Source: Octopus sinensis (lineage: Eukaryota). Taken from it: a stretch of 64,000 nucleotides of DNA. Shown piece by piece: positions 13,262-24,419 of the stretch; positions within the stretch are counted from its first letter, which is position 1, and the number at the start of each line of letters is the position of its first letter. The notes beneath the pieces were generated by a model. The model was not told the DNA's origin and did not search any database. It was given only the letters and a program-made list of their open reading frames with translations. The stretch covers positions 31,248,001 through 31,312,000 of the forward strand of contig NC_043014.1 of assembly GCF_006345805.1 (NCBI RefSeq), read 5' to 3'. The position numbers and the translations under genes are program-made.

Positions 13262-13515
13262 CTAGTCTAGAATCACTTCAGATAACATAGGTTCATCATG
13301 AAGACCTAACTCCATATTTCTGAAGGCTGTCTCGCGAATTTCTTTCCTCATGGCAACTGTGTTTGTGGCACAGTGTGGTGTAATGATAACATTTGGGAAG
13401 TTGTAAAGCTTGTGATCTACTGGCAAGGGTTCGGGTGTAGTGACGTCCAGGGCAGCTCCTGCAATCCTTCTTGATTCCAGTGCATCAACAAGAGCACTTT
13501 GGTCAATGATATCTC
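13262..13515 (-). CDS. 2-hydroxyacid dehydrogenase copy A, coding exon 4 (DVTTPEP, TPH, stop)
   Basis: 254 nt, TTTAG acceptor, TAG stop; spliced product is 326 aa with an intact Arg/Glu/His triad. Confidence 0.93.
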
Positions 13516-14535
13516 CTAAATTGAAAGAATAAAAAGGAAAGAGGCAGTGATAGAGCGACAGAAATAGAAAAATCAATGATAGATGGGTGTCCACTATGCT
13601 CAAGATCGTCAAGGCTCAGGTCTCCACAGTGAAATCATTTAAACTATTTTCGAGCTGACCACTCACTGGTCATTTCCTCACCAAATGTTTTGTTGATATC
13701 GTGAGCAGTTTCAGCTGCTTTACATCCTTTTTAGAAGTTGAATAGCAAAATTGCTCAAATATCAGGCTTTGATGGTTCCATTTCAGATGATTGGAACAAC
13801 GGTAAAAAAATACCAATGTTAACTTATTGATGCATTTGGGCAAGTCTAAATGTGTATTATCAGACAATTGCAAAAATCCAGTACAAATTCTTTTTACTCA
13901 ACCTGGTATATATGTATATATGCACATATATGTACGCACACATAAGGTTTGTTCAAAAAGAAACTGAACATTTAAAACAGACTAACTGGTGCAATGTACT
14001 TGTTCCTGCAGTTCTGCATATGAATAACTTTGAGCTTCAGTGTAATAGTCACTTTGTGTTGTTGGAGAGAAGGATAGGTTGATAGATGTGGTAGAAGTAG
14101 GAATTAAGTTCTGACAGGGTGCAACTACTCATATGGAATGATTCAGTGAATAAGAGAGAGGGTATTGAAGAGATGAGAGGATCATGTGGATCTAATACTA
14201 TGCCTAGTTACAAAAGTAGTAAGGGACAGTAAAACATTAGTATTAAGGCAGGTCAATATTTCTCATTAGGTCATTTCATTCTGTGTTCTCTAATTCAGTG
14301 TTAAAGAAACCAAGAAATGAAATCCTTGAGACTTCCTATAACTATATACCAGTAATTAACCCTTTAACTGCCTGTCCAATATCATTAAATTCTTCACAAT
14401 CCTACCATTCCTTCTCTTCAAAGATCGTCACCTCATATCTTCAAGTTCCAATATCAAATCAGACGTTTTATTACTTGTCTATTTTCGTTTGTCATACATC
14501 CATAACTATTAGTGACAAGAAATTAAAGTACCTAC

Positions 14536-14714
14536 CTCTGGCAATATTGATTAACGTTGCTGTCTTTTTCATTGCCTCCAGTTCCTTGTGACTAATAAAA
14601 TGATACGTTTGTGGTGTCAAAGTACAGGTAATCACAACATAATCACACAATGGTAACATGTCCATCAAGCTACTATAAAACTGCGCATCCACTTTTGCTT
14701 CTTCTTCTTCGGAC
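14536..14714 (-). CDS. 2-hydroxyacid dehydrogenase copy A, coding exon 3 (catalytic Arg, INIARG)
   Basis: 179 nt, TTTTACAG acceptor, GTAGGT donor. Confidence 0.93.
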
Positions 14715-16351
14715 CTGTAAAAGAAACTGAGTCTCTGGAATGTGTGTTTGAAGTATAATATTTTGTTCTTATCATTTTGCATCTAATTTTGATATTATAA
14801 TTGATGATGGATTTACTGCTGGAATAAGAGTGGTGTTTGCAGTTAGGAGCACTTTCCAGTGCAAAGACTCAGGTAACATTCAGATATGGAACATGTGTTG
14901 TCAAGTAGGCAGACAGTTCAATCAAAGATACAATTCTTGCATAAGCACATACTTCAATAATGTGAAACAATGCGACCAAGAGATCCTGTGTTGTTGTTGT
15001 TGTTAATCAACAAGACGGGTAAGGGTGATTAGGTGATGGTCTAGGGCTTAGGGACAGGAGACCCCAGACCTTGGAAAAAAAAAACTTTGGTCGTCGTCTT
15101 GTAGTCGAAGGCTCTTCGTTGACGTCCGACACCACTGGGAGGTGGCCCTCGAAGTCACTGGAAATGGAGATCTCCAGGTCCAAATTCTTGAACGGCAGAG
15201 AGCTTATGTGTAATTGCTTGGTCTGTTATGAACTACAGCCAAATTTCTGTCATTGTAGTATCTTAAAAAAGGAAAGGACAGATTAAATAATGTAGTTGTC
15301 AACACACTCTCTGAATAAGAGATGGACTATTTTAGTTCTGATGTCTACAGAACTAGAGCTGACCTGAGATTAAACAATTGCTTAATAACTGAGTAGTTTG
15401 AACTCAGTCATGTAGTCACTAGTTCATGATCTTAACCTTATATTCATCGAGGCTGATACAGAAGAAACTATTTTAATTTTATATTTGTTGTTTTTTATAA
15501 CAGACTGAAAGAATGACAAGCATCGTTTGGGTGTTTTTACCCATAAATTTCTATAATTGTTGTTGTTCAGCTTCCGGTTATTCTGAACACCCTCATGTTC
15601 AAACGTTTTCTGTCTGTGACCGTTCTGGCTAGTAAGGTCCAATATTGGACCGTGAAACCAAATAACTAACTCATCATCATCATCATCGTTTAACGTCCGC
15701 TTTCTATGCTAGCATGGGTTGGACGATTTTGACTGAGGGCTGGCAAACCAGATGGCTGCACCAGGCTCCAATCTTGATCTGGAACAGTTTCTACAGCTGG
15801 ATGCCCTTCCTAACGCCAACCGCTACTAGAGTGTAGTGGGTGCTTTTTACGTGCCACCGGTACGGGGGCCAGTCAGGTGGTACTGGCAACGACCTCGCTC
15901 GAATTTTTTTACACATACCACCGGCACAGGTGCCAGTAAGGCGACGCTGGTAACGATCATGCTCGAATGGTGTCTTTTACATGTCACCGGTACGGAAGGC
16001 AGTTAGCCGTTCTGGCAACAATAACGCTCGGATGTGGCTCTAAAACATTTAATTTGTGTTTTTATAAAGCAAAAAGTGCTAATGAACTAAAAAATAATTT
16101 AAAGCTTCCTACTTAGGAGAAAATCGCGATAAGCGCAAGTATATGTTATTAGTTCCTATGTATGTTTCCTTGTGGTCGGTTAGAGCTCAGCATTGGCTGC
16201 TCAAAGCGCAGTTAAATGCAATGGATCAAGAGGGAAACGCTTTATTGCATTTTACTACAGTACTTATAAAGTTTATAAGAATGAAAAAAGAAAACAAGCA
16301 ATTCGAATTTTATTTCTGTTAAATCATTTTGTTGGTAATCTTTTGAAAACT

Positions 16352-16572
16352 TATTTCTTTATTACCCACAAGGAGCTTAACAAACAAGGACAGACAAAGG
16401 GCTTAAGTCAATTACATCGATCCCAGTGCGTAACTGGTACTTAATTTATCGACCCCGAAAGGATGAAAGGCAAAGTCGACCTCGGCTGAATTTGAACTCA
16501 GAACGTAACGGCAGACGAAATACGGCTACGCATTTCGCTCGGCGTGTTAACGTTTCTGCCAGCTCGTCGCCT
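16352..16572 (-). mobile_element. Family-1 SINE with a perfect 16-bp TSD (TAATCTTTTGAAAACT)
   Basis: TSD at 16336-16351 and 16573-16588. Confidence 0.93.
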
Positions 16573-16991
16573 TAATCTTTTGAAAACTGTTTAAAAAGAG
16601 TTTACCTCAATCAAAATTTATTGTTGAAGGGAAGTAACTTCCAGCCAACTTCATCCAAGGGAAATAACTGTATTCTAATTTTTATTATTATTTTTTTCGA
16701 TTATATCCATACAGAAATACCTCTCAAACATTTTATTAGTATGTGTTCCTGGATGGCTAACATGTGCCTTCAACGCTCTAATCGTTTCAGATCAAAACAC
16801 TCGCCTTGCAAATACATCTCTGTAATTATCTTTTTCGTTTCGTGTTGATATTTGCAGGTCTAATAAAAATAAACCACTGCGCTTTTGCCATAAAAGAAGA
16901 AATTATTTTAAAAATCTGCCGGTCAAAGCGAAAAGATCCAAATGCTGCTAATATAGAACTCGCCGTTGCAAGTCCGAAACATCAGGTTAGC

Positions 16992-17225
16992 TGTATGTGA
17001 CCACACATGTCGAGCGGTCAGGCGAAGAGCTAATGTGCCAGAGAAAGCCAGGCAAGAAGAAGAAGAGAGAGAACTTCGCGGTACTTCGCTTTTTATATCA
17101 ACCGACGGTAATGCCACCTGTAGGCATTCCTACTGGAAGTTGCAACATCTTTCAGAACATGTTGTAGCGAAGTAGGAAATGTAACTCTCGTTCATTTCCC
17201 TTTCTCTCCAGTAGGGTTCTTTACA
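16992..17225 (-). mobile_element. Gypsy 3-prime LTR (TGTA...TACA), preceded by a polypurine tract
   Basis: AAAGGGGGAGTA PPT immediately before TGT, downstream of the integrase; TATA-like GATATAAAAAG inside. Confidence 0.65.
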
Positions 17226-17417
17226 GATACTCCCCCTTTCGACGACCAGTCGAAAAAGTTAACACTCTGTGGTGGAGGACTGGAAAGAAAGGCGAGCTAA
17301 GGTACAAGTGTTTGCTACTAAGCAGAAAATATAGCAACATAATTTCAAAGAATAAAATGAATGCACTTGCGAAGTGGGACAACAAGACAATTCAAAAGTT
17401 GATGCATGAAAAGAAGC

Positions 17418-18325
17418 TTAAATACACACAATCTTGCACAGTTTTTTTGGCCAGTGTACACGACGACAACTACGAGTCCTCGTGACGAGTGTTGATGAAG
17501 GGAAAGGTGTATGCGCTTTTGAAGGTGGTGATTGCATGGGTGCAGTACTTGTAGTTTGTTGCGGTTTGTATTGGAGGGGAATGTTTGGCTCTAGAGTGAG
17601 GGCCTCAGAGAAAGCGCGCTTCATTCTGTCGATAGACACTGTTTCTTTTCTACCATGAATGTCTATGGTGAGGAGTTTGTGTGTTTGTGCAAGGACACGA
17701 TAGGGCCCTATATATGGTTTTGTGAGAGGACCACTCACAGTTATCCCTAAGGAACACATGAGTCTAAGTAGCAATGTCTGCTATAACTGCAGCAAGAACA
17801 GTCTGATGTCAAGAAGACATCGGTGGAAGATCCGCGGAGTAAGTTTGCAGTCTATGTACCTAAGACGCAGGATCTTGAACTGATAAGTCCACAGATGCCA
17901 ACATCTGACCTGGTCGAGATAATGGTGAAGCGTAGAGAAGCTCAGCAGGGGAGTATCCTAAATCCTCTTTCACTGATGAGCGACAACCCAATAGAACAAC
18001 AGGCAGGTATTCGCTCCATCGATGAAGATCAGAATCGGCACGCAATGACGCCTTTAATTGACGGTGGAGCCGTTCCACCATGCCATTCGGGACTGGATGA
18101 TAACTAGTCGTCCGGATATGGCAAACTTCTAAGATGCTTGAAAGTTGTTGGAAAAGCTGGTATTCGAATTGCCTCCCGCATTCAGTAGCAATCTTTAATT
18201 GAACACCAAAACGTGAAATCCAACCTGATATGAGGGCATGCGTCACTGATATCGACTAGAGGGATGACTTCAGGCCAACGTGAAAAGCGGTCGATACATG
18301 TAAGTATGTAAGTGAATCCTCGACT
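17418..18325 (-). mobile_element. Gypsy integrase fragment (pseudogenic)
   Basis: TCIDRFSRWPE, GRQFE, TTSYHP.NGMVERLHR, GPY motif. Confidence 0.92.
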
Positions 18326-18489
18326 TCGTCCGTTAAACAGTACAGTGAACAAAATGAAAACATTGTCTGGATAATTCAGCTCTGATCGTCGATCCAATCA
18401 CGTTACGCGTAATACATTCACAAACAATAATCTGAATGTGCGCTGGAGCACATCCTCCTTCTATAAATGGATCTAACAAACCATCTATG

Positions 18490-18960
18490 AGGAGAGGGGT
18501 GAGCGAATTTCAAGAAGGCAAGTCATGATATCTTCCTACCGTTATTCATCAGTACAACATTAATATAATGGAGCACAAGTAACCAACGACGATCAGAGCT
18601 GAATTATCCAGACAATGAATAAACCATATTACTATCAGAATTCGTGATGTTTTTATTTCGTTCACTGTACTGTTTAACGGACGAATAGAGTCTCGCTGTT
18701 ATTTTTAAAGTTTGTTTCTTGCATTATACCCACGAGTGAACACGCAACATATATTATATAATGGTATACTAGATTCCATAGTTAAAGTCGGAGAAATTTT
18801 ATACAACGCCATTAAAACCCGAATGTCGCGATTTGTTGGAATGTTGCCTTCCCCAACTACAATTTATCAGCGGTACATTAAAAATATGCAAAACACTTCA
18901 GAAATTGGATCTTTACCTTTTGACCGGCAGATTTAGAAAATAATTTTTTTGTAACTAAAC
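18490..18960 (+). repeat. Unclassified interspersed repeat; second copy at about 23930-24260; related termini at about 16900-16950 and 63410-63470
   Basis: About 330 bp alignable by eye between the two loci. Confidence 0.65.
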
Positions 18961-19029
18961 ACTTTCAAACTTCGTATACTGGTAGAATGTGTCATATGAA
19001 ACATATTTTACTCTTAGCGTTTTTGCGAA

Positions 19030-19579
19030 GTTTATATTTACGAAGTTATTTCGTGTTAAAGTTGTCGTATTTTGATAATTTCAACCATTCAATGACGTGT
19101 ATTTAGCTGAATAAAATTACTGCTGTTGTTTGTCAACAACAACTTCCAGCAGTGTATATTTCGTTTGTCACTGTTATTTATGACATATTTCATCTCAGTT
19201 ACATTTGTATGAATAAACGAGTGTATCTGAAGCATGTTTACTTCATGGCACCATCACAATCGTTCGTGCATTTCTACTGCTTTTAGTTATTTTTCTCTGT
19301 TTTTCATCTACTAATTTCGGAAAGACTTTTTTGCCCCCCTCTCCAATTTCTTCATTTTTCATTTTTTTCCGTAACTCTAACACTAAAACATTAAAGCTAA
19401 AACCAGTACAAACGTACGCACGATGTCATAAATAACAGCGACAAACGAAATATACACCGCTGGAAGTTGTTGTTGACAAACAACAACAGTAATTTTATTC
19501 AGCTGAATACACGTCATTGATTGGTTGAAATTACCGAAATTCGACAACTTTAACACGAAATAACTTCGTAAATATAAAC
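19030..19579. repeat. Long inverted repeat with 157-bp arms (19030-19186 and 19423-19579); fold-back/MITE-like
   Basis: Arms are reverse-complementary with only scattered mismatches. Confidence 0.9.
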
Positions 19580-19589
19580 ATGCGTCGAT

Positions 19590-19925
19590 TAAGTTAGACT
19601 GGACACCTTGTTCAGATGAATGATTAGAGGATCCCTAAACAGATGCTGAGACTACGGTTCAAGGATTGTATAAAATCCTTGTTGAAGGCTTGTAATATAT
19701 GGAAAGTCAACAGGCAAAGCAATGCTTGTCATCGCCACCAGTGAAAGAAACTAGAAAAGGAAGGAATGAAAATTTTTGAAGAAACACACATCTTGAATGC
19801 TGAACTTAAGCAAACTGCTAGAAAACACACTACCAGTGGAGTGAATGGGTAAAGTTTCGTCTGCAGTGTCTGCAGACGTGTACGTCTATCAAGAGCTGGT
19901 CTCATTAGTCCCAAGCGGATCAGCA
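19590..19925 (+). mobile_element. RTE-clade LINE 3-prime ORF relic
   Basis: TGHLVQMND*RIPKQML...FKDCIK...CSVCRRVRLSRAGLIS. Confidence 0.7.
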
Positions 19926-20149
19926 AGTGTAAAGTACAATTTTGTTAGACTGTACATTTTCTTAGTGGTCAGTGACGGTCTTCCTGGGTCACGAGTGGAC
20001 AGCCACCGTATATAGTATATGTGATTGATTTTCCCATGCCATCCAAGTTTATCTTGTCTGAAAGATTTTAGAGGTCCTTTCATCAAGAAGTTATGTGGAG
20101 CAGAGAGGGCCATCTATAAGAGAGCCTTTACAAAACTATGCGATCTGCT

Positions 20150-20400
20150 AAAAAATGACAAATCTCACTTGAAATACCTCCTACCATCATAGGTCTGCTT
20201 GATCAGGAATTGGCTAGACTCCCACAGATAAAAGAATAACATTATGATGTACCTTGTATTACACTCAAACAATGCGTCCCAAAACTTTCTCTTGCTTTCA
20301 CCAAACTCTTTAATATCTCACTCTCATTTGCAGGCATGCTTCAGTGTTATCCATTCAAAGAAAGGGACCCTAAGGATCGGCCAGCTTTTGTTGTCTCATT
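20150..20400 (+). mobile_element. CR1/Jockey-like RT relic
   Basis: LKQCVPKLSLAFTKLFNISL. Confidence 0.5.
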
Positions 20401-20479
20401 GCTACCAATTCTAACATTTCTAAGATTGTAGAGACATCCGTTAACAATGACGTTGACCGTCATATTTAATCCCTCTCTC

Positions 20480-20700
20480 GTTTCTATCGCCCCTATAATA
20501 GCCCCTGATTTTCGGAGCTGGCTGGTCTCGTAGCCCCATCCACACTGCCCATCCCTGTACCATTTGTATCCCCACCTATTGTCACCTTTATTAAATCCCT
20601 TCTCTTTCCCTGCACTAACCAGGATTTCCACGTCTTCATCCACAGAATATTGGCTATCTGGAATCTCCTCTCCATTCATATCTTTCCCACAACAGTTTGA
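20480..20700. repeat. Intron-2 segment shared by all three paralogs (also about 38590-38830 and 59980-60180); predates the duplications
   Basis: CTGGTCTCGTAGCCCCATCCACACTGCCCA-like sequence at the same offset from exon 2 in each copy. Confidence 0.7.
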
Positions 20701-20874
20701 ACAGAACACAAACAGCATCTACCTAACCAGTCTTCGAGAGCCTACAAAGGTGAGTCATGGGCTCCTCTTGTTCCGCCACACTCAGAAAGTATAAAAAAAT
20801 CCATGCATTATCCTTCAATTCACTTATTTCACTTGTCATAATGTCCCATACACAAATATACTTGAAACACTCAC

Positions 20875-21049
20875 CTTTGCCTTCTTTGATGATACAACAC
20901 CTTCATTTCAAAAGCATGAGCTCTGATTGCCAGCTTGTAGCCAATGGTTCCCATTCCAATTATTCCAATCGAATTTCCTGTGATGTCATGTGCCAAAAGT
21001 TCTGGTGGATACAAACTTGTTTTCAATGTCTTCGGAAAATATTCGGCAC
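20875..21049 (-). CDS. 2-hydroxyacid dehydrogenase copy A, coding exon 2 (GxGxxG Rossmann fold)
   Basis: 175 nt, ATACAG acceptor, GTGAGT donor; GIIGMGTIG...VLYHQRRQ; phases 1/2 fit the neighbouring exons. Confidence 0.93.
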
Positions 21050-21097
21050 CTGTATAAAGATATAAATACGTAGATACTTATATATAAGATGTTCTAG

Positions 21098-21530
21098 ATA
21101 TGGAAGCAAGGTCTAGAATCAAAGGGCCTTTGAGTTAACCTAGCAAAAACCAAAGTCTTAGTAAGTAGGAAGGTAGACAAATCAAAAATCTCTTCAGGTA
21201 GATGACCCTGCTCAATCTGTAGAAAAGGTGTAGGTAAAAACTGCATAAGATGCACCCAGTGTAAGCTTTGGACGCTTAAAAGATGCAGCAACACCAGGAT
21301 GGTTAACAGGGAAACTGTATAGGTACAACAATCACTGAAAATGTGCAGAAAATAGACTCCATCAACTGCCAGAGGTAGTAGATATCTAGGTGACCAAGTT
21401 TGTAGTGGAGGTGGATGCTCGGAGATCGTAGTTGTGAGAATAAGATTAGGCGTAAGCTTGAAAGAAATGAAGCCAGTATGCTTCGCTGGATGTGTAACGT
21501 CAGTGTGCATGTTCAACAGAGGGCGTAGGA
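21098..21530 (+). mobile_element. RTE-clade LINE fragment with Cys-rich insert in the RT thumb
   Basis: WKQGLESKGL*VNLAKTKVL...PCSICRKGVG..CIRCTQCKLW...YLGDQV...EASMLRWMC. Confidence 0.85.
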
Positions 21531-21619
21531 GGAATCAAATGTGGTGTACAGGCATGGCCCGAATATCTCCGTCCTGTAGTTCAGGATGCTCCCGGCACGA
21601 CCGAGTCTTTTAGGATTCT

Positions 21620-21900
21620 CGTGTGTTCGGCAATGCATAACTTGCAACCTTTTCGTCCCCTTAATGTAGGGGTCTGGGTTCTCGTGGGATGCACTGGGTA
21701 TTCTATTAAACAGCGTCTTTCCAATCATTTGTCCTCCTTCACAGTCCCGGAAAGGAGATACGTGACATCGCTGGCCAAACATATCTTGCAAATAAGAGAC
21801 GAAGGGATACCATATTCGATTGCATGGAAAATACTCGAGAACCCAGGTTCCTACATCAAAGGGACGAAACGTTGTGCAAAAAATCCGAGTTTTTTTCTTA
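21620..21900 (+). mobile_element. Penelope-like GIY-YIG endonuclease fragment
   Basis: VGCTGYSIKQRLSNH...TSLAKHI...IAWKILE..GSY.KGTKRC. Confidence 0.85.
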
Positions 21901-22134
21901 GTGAAAATCGTGCGAGTGAATGAATCAAATAATACCAAATAATTACATGAAGGTACATTTTGATGAGACTTAAAGATGGGAAAATGATTGTGTATGCGCG
22001 TGCGCGCGTGTCTGCGTGTATGTGTGTGTATGCGCACGTGAGAGAGAGTGGGGAGAAGAAATAATGATGTAAGTCTGTGAGAATAAGGAAAGAGAAAATT
22101 AAGTTAAAAGGATAAAAATAAATAAATGCGCCTA

Positions 22135-22350
22135 TTTTTTAAAGCCTAGCCAGGTTCATGGGCCCGGTTTCCCAGTTTCAATGGTGTGTGTGTTCCCCAG
22201 CTGGACTCCTTTATGCCAGCTGAGTGGACTGGAGCAATGTGAAATGAAGTGTTTTGCTCAAGAACACAACGCGTTGCACGGTCCAGGAATCGAAACCACA
22301 ATCTTACGATCATGATGCTGACACCCTAATCACTAAACCACGCGCCTCCA
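22135..22350 (-). mobile_element. Family-3 (Meta/V-like) tRNA-derived SINE; other copies at about 10880-11045, 27124-27345, 58168-58510, 61120-61400 and 61650-61790
   Basis: GGAGGCGCGTGGTTTAGTG head, GTTCTTGAGCAAAACACT...CACTCAGCTG core. Confidence 0.8.
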
Positions 22351-22513
22351 CAAGCTAAAAAAGGATAAGAATAACTAAAAGACAAAATAGAACTCAAGAA
22401 ATTATAGAGCAAGACTTTGAACAAAAAAAAAAAAAGAAATTCCTGAAAGGAGGTGAAATAAATCCCACCGTTTTTTATGTGTTCTAAAAAGTAAAAGGAA
22501 TAATTTTACTTAC

Positions 22514-22886
22514 ACTGAACTATTTTCCTTGACATTGCCAATAATAGTGCCATACCAAAATTTGCGGCAGCTCTTCCATCTTGGATGCTATGACCAATCC
22601 TAATGCCACGCGATTTAGCCCATTTAATGTCAACGTCATCAAAACCTATACCGAAAAAGCAAATAATTCTAAGATTTACTAACTTCTCAAGTAATCCACG
22701 GAATTTTTGGTTATTATTTAGGCCCGATTGTACATACAAGCCAACAACCTTCTCACAGAGTGAAGGATTTTGTTCCAGTTCTTTGAGAGTCACCATATTT
22801 TGTTTACGGAATACAACATTGGAGAAAAATCTCTTAAAATCAGGCATATCATAAAAATGTTCACTAAAATTCACTACCAAAGCCAT
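22514..22886 (-). CDS. D-2-hydroxyacid dehydrogenase (GRHPR/2KGR-like) copy A, coding exon 1
   Basis: ATG at 22886 (the longer ORF start is a TTG). 124 codons + 1 nt, GTAAGT donor; GIGFDDVD..KSRGIRIGHS motif. Confidence 0.92.
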
Positions 22887-23275
22887 GATATTACTGTTAT
22901 TTCGCAAGCTACTGAAATGTTAATATGAATAAGAAACTGCGAGTAATAAAGAACTAATTATTTTCTATATTAATCTTTTCTGTCACAAAAAATTAATAGA
23001 CATTCCATAAAGGAGAGCCCCGTAGAGTGTTAATAGCTTCTTTTGAAAGAGAATATTTTAAAGTTTGTTGAAATATACACCTTTATCTTTGGAATTCGAA
23101 TCGTGATGTTACATATTAACGATGTTTTATATTCTATCATCTTTCCCTAGTATATCCATGCCTCATCAGTTAATATATTTTAACACAGGTGACATGTAAC
23201 ACGAACTTTTATCGTGTCTATTAGATAAAAATATATCTCTTTGCTGACTGGAAATTTACACATCCCTTACAAAAG

Positions 23276-23546
23276 TTTCATGCTTAGGAAACGCGGCGTA
23301 CGTACCCTCTGTATAGGCCTCCCTCAAGCGCTGCTCGATCTTCGCCGCGCTCAGTTGGTCTTCCTCGTCCATTTCTAGGTACAGCGCCAACGCGCTTCCT
23401 TCCCGGTACAGAGCCACGAGACCTACTACATCATCGATGCCTTGTAGCCTGGCTACCACCTTGATCTTACGGATCCAGGCGACTACATCTCCTTCACCAT
23501 AGAAAGGTGTGATGGCATCACTGCCGATTCTTATCTTCACTGTCAT
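23276..23546 (-). mobile_element. Gypsy gag N-terminal half
   Basis: FYGEGDVVAWIRKIKVVARLQ...EGSALALYLEM...LREAYTEG. Confidence 0.85.
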
Positions 23547-23550
23547 CTCG

Positions 23551-23905
23551 TGGAAGGAGACAACAGCAATGGGAAAATGTATTTATACACGAGAGCCGAA
23601 ATAGCTTGTAGGATGAGAGAATTGTGATGCAGGGAAATAAGATACGGTTCACCTACCTCTCGTTGTTGGCTGTCCAGCTGTGCTAAGTCCAAACGTGCCC
23701 TATCCGTATCACCTAACGTTAGCAGCTGCTACTACCAATCCCGCTGGCTCGCTCCACTGACGTCCGTTCACGGCGACTGCAGCAGGCCGAAAGAGGACGA
23801 TCCTGGTCTTGCTTCCCTCACTTCCTCTTCCCGCTTCATTTTTCGGTCAGGCCCCTTGACCGTTGATGTCATTGCCTTTTCCTTCCAGCTCATCTCATCC
23901 CTACA
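23551..23905 (-). mobile_element. Putative 5-prime LTR of the Gypsy element (TGTAGG...TTCCA)
   Basis: TG...CA termini; directly upstream of the gag ATG; GC-richer than the flanks. Confidence 0.55.
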
Positions 23906-24419
23906 ATATAAGTCTAACAAATCATCTATATGCAGAGGGGTGACCGATTTTCAAGAAGGCGAGGCATGTTACTTTCTTGCCGTTATTCACCTGAACAACA
24001 TTAATATAACGGAACACGTGTAACCAACTACGATCACAGCTGAATTATCTAAACGATGGCTGAACTATACAACCACCAGAATTCGCGATATCTTTATTTT
24101 GTCCCCTGTACTATTTAATGGAGGAATAAAGTCTCGCTGTTGTTTTTAAAGTTCGTTTCTTGCATTATTTCCACGAGTGAACGCGCAACATACATTATAT
24201 AATGGTATGCAAAATCCCGTAGTAAAACCAAGGGAGACTTTATACAACACCGTCAAAATGGCTTTTTTTAAATTAACACCACGAACCAGAAGTCACATTA
24301 TCTTATATGTATTCTTTCATTTTTGAATATGATAGAGGATAGTTTCAGGGAAATTTGTCTGTCGTTTCTAGCAGATCGAATAACCATATAAACGATCCTT
24401 CGGTTGCAAAAAAGAAGTG

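Noticed and set aside
8650-13262. Functional linkage between XRCC1 and the dehydrogenase array
   Set aside because: Adjacency only (4.6 kb, same strand); no shared pathway or fusion signal is visible.
15050-15250. GC-rich insert resembling a LINE APE domain end
   Set aside because: Similarity is too weak to call.
22887-22907. N-terminal extension MRNNSNI of copy A
   Set aside because: It starts at a TTG and crosses the position of the conserved splice acceptor; the paralogs start at the downstream ATG.
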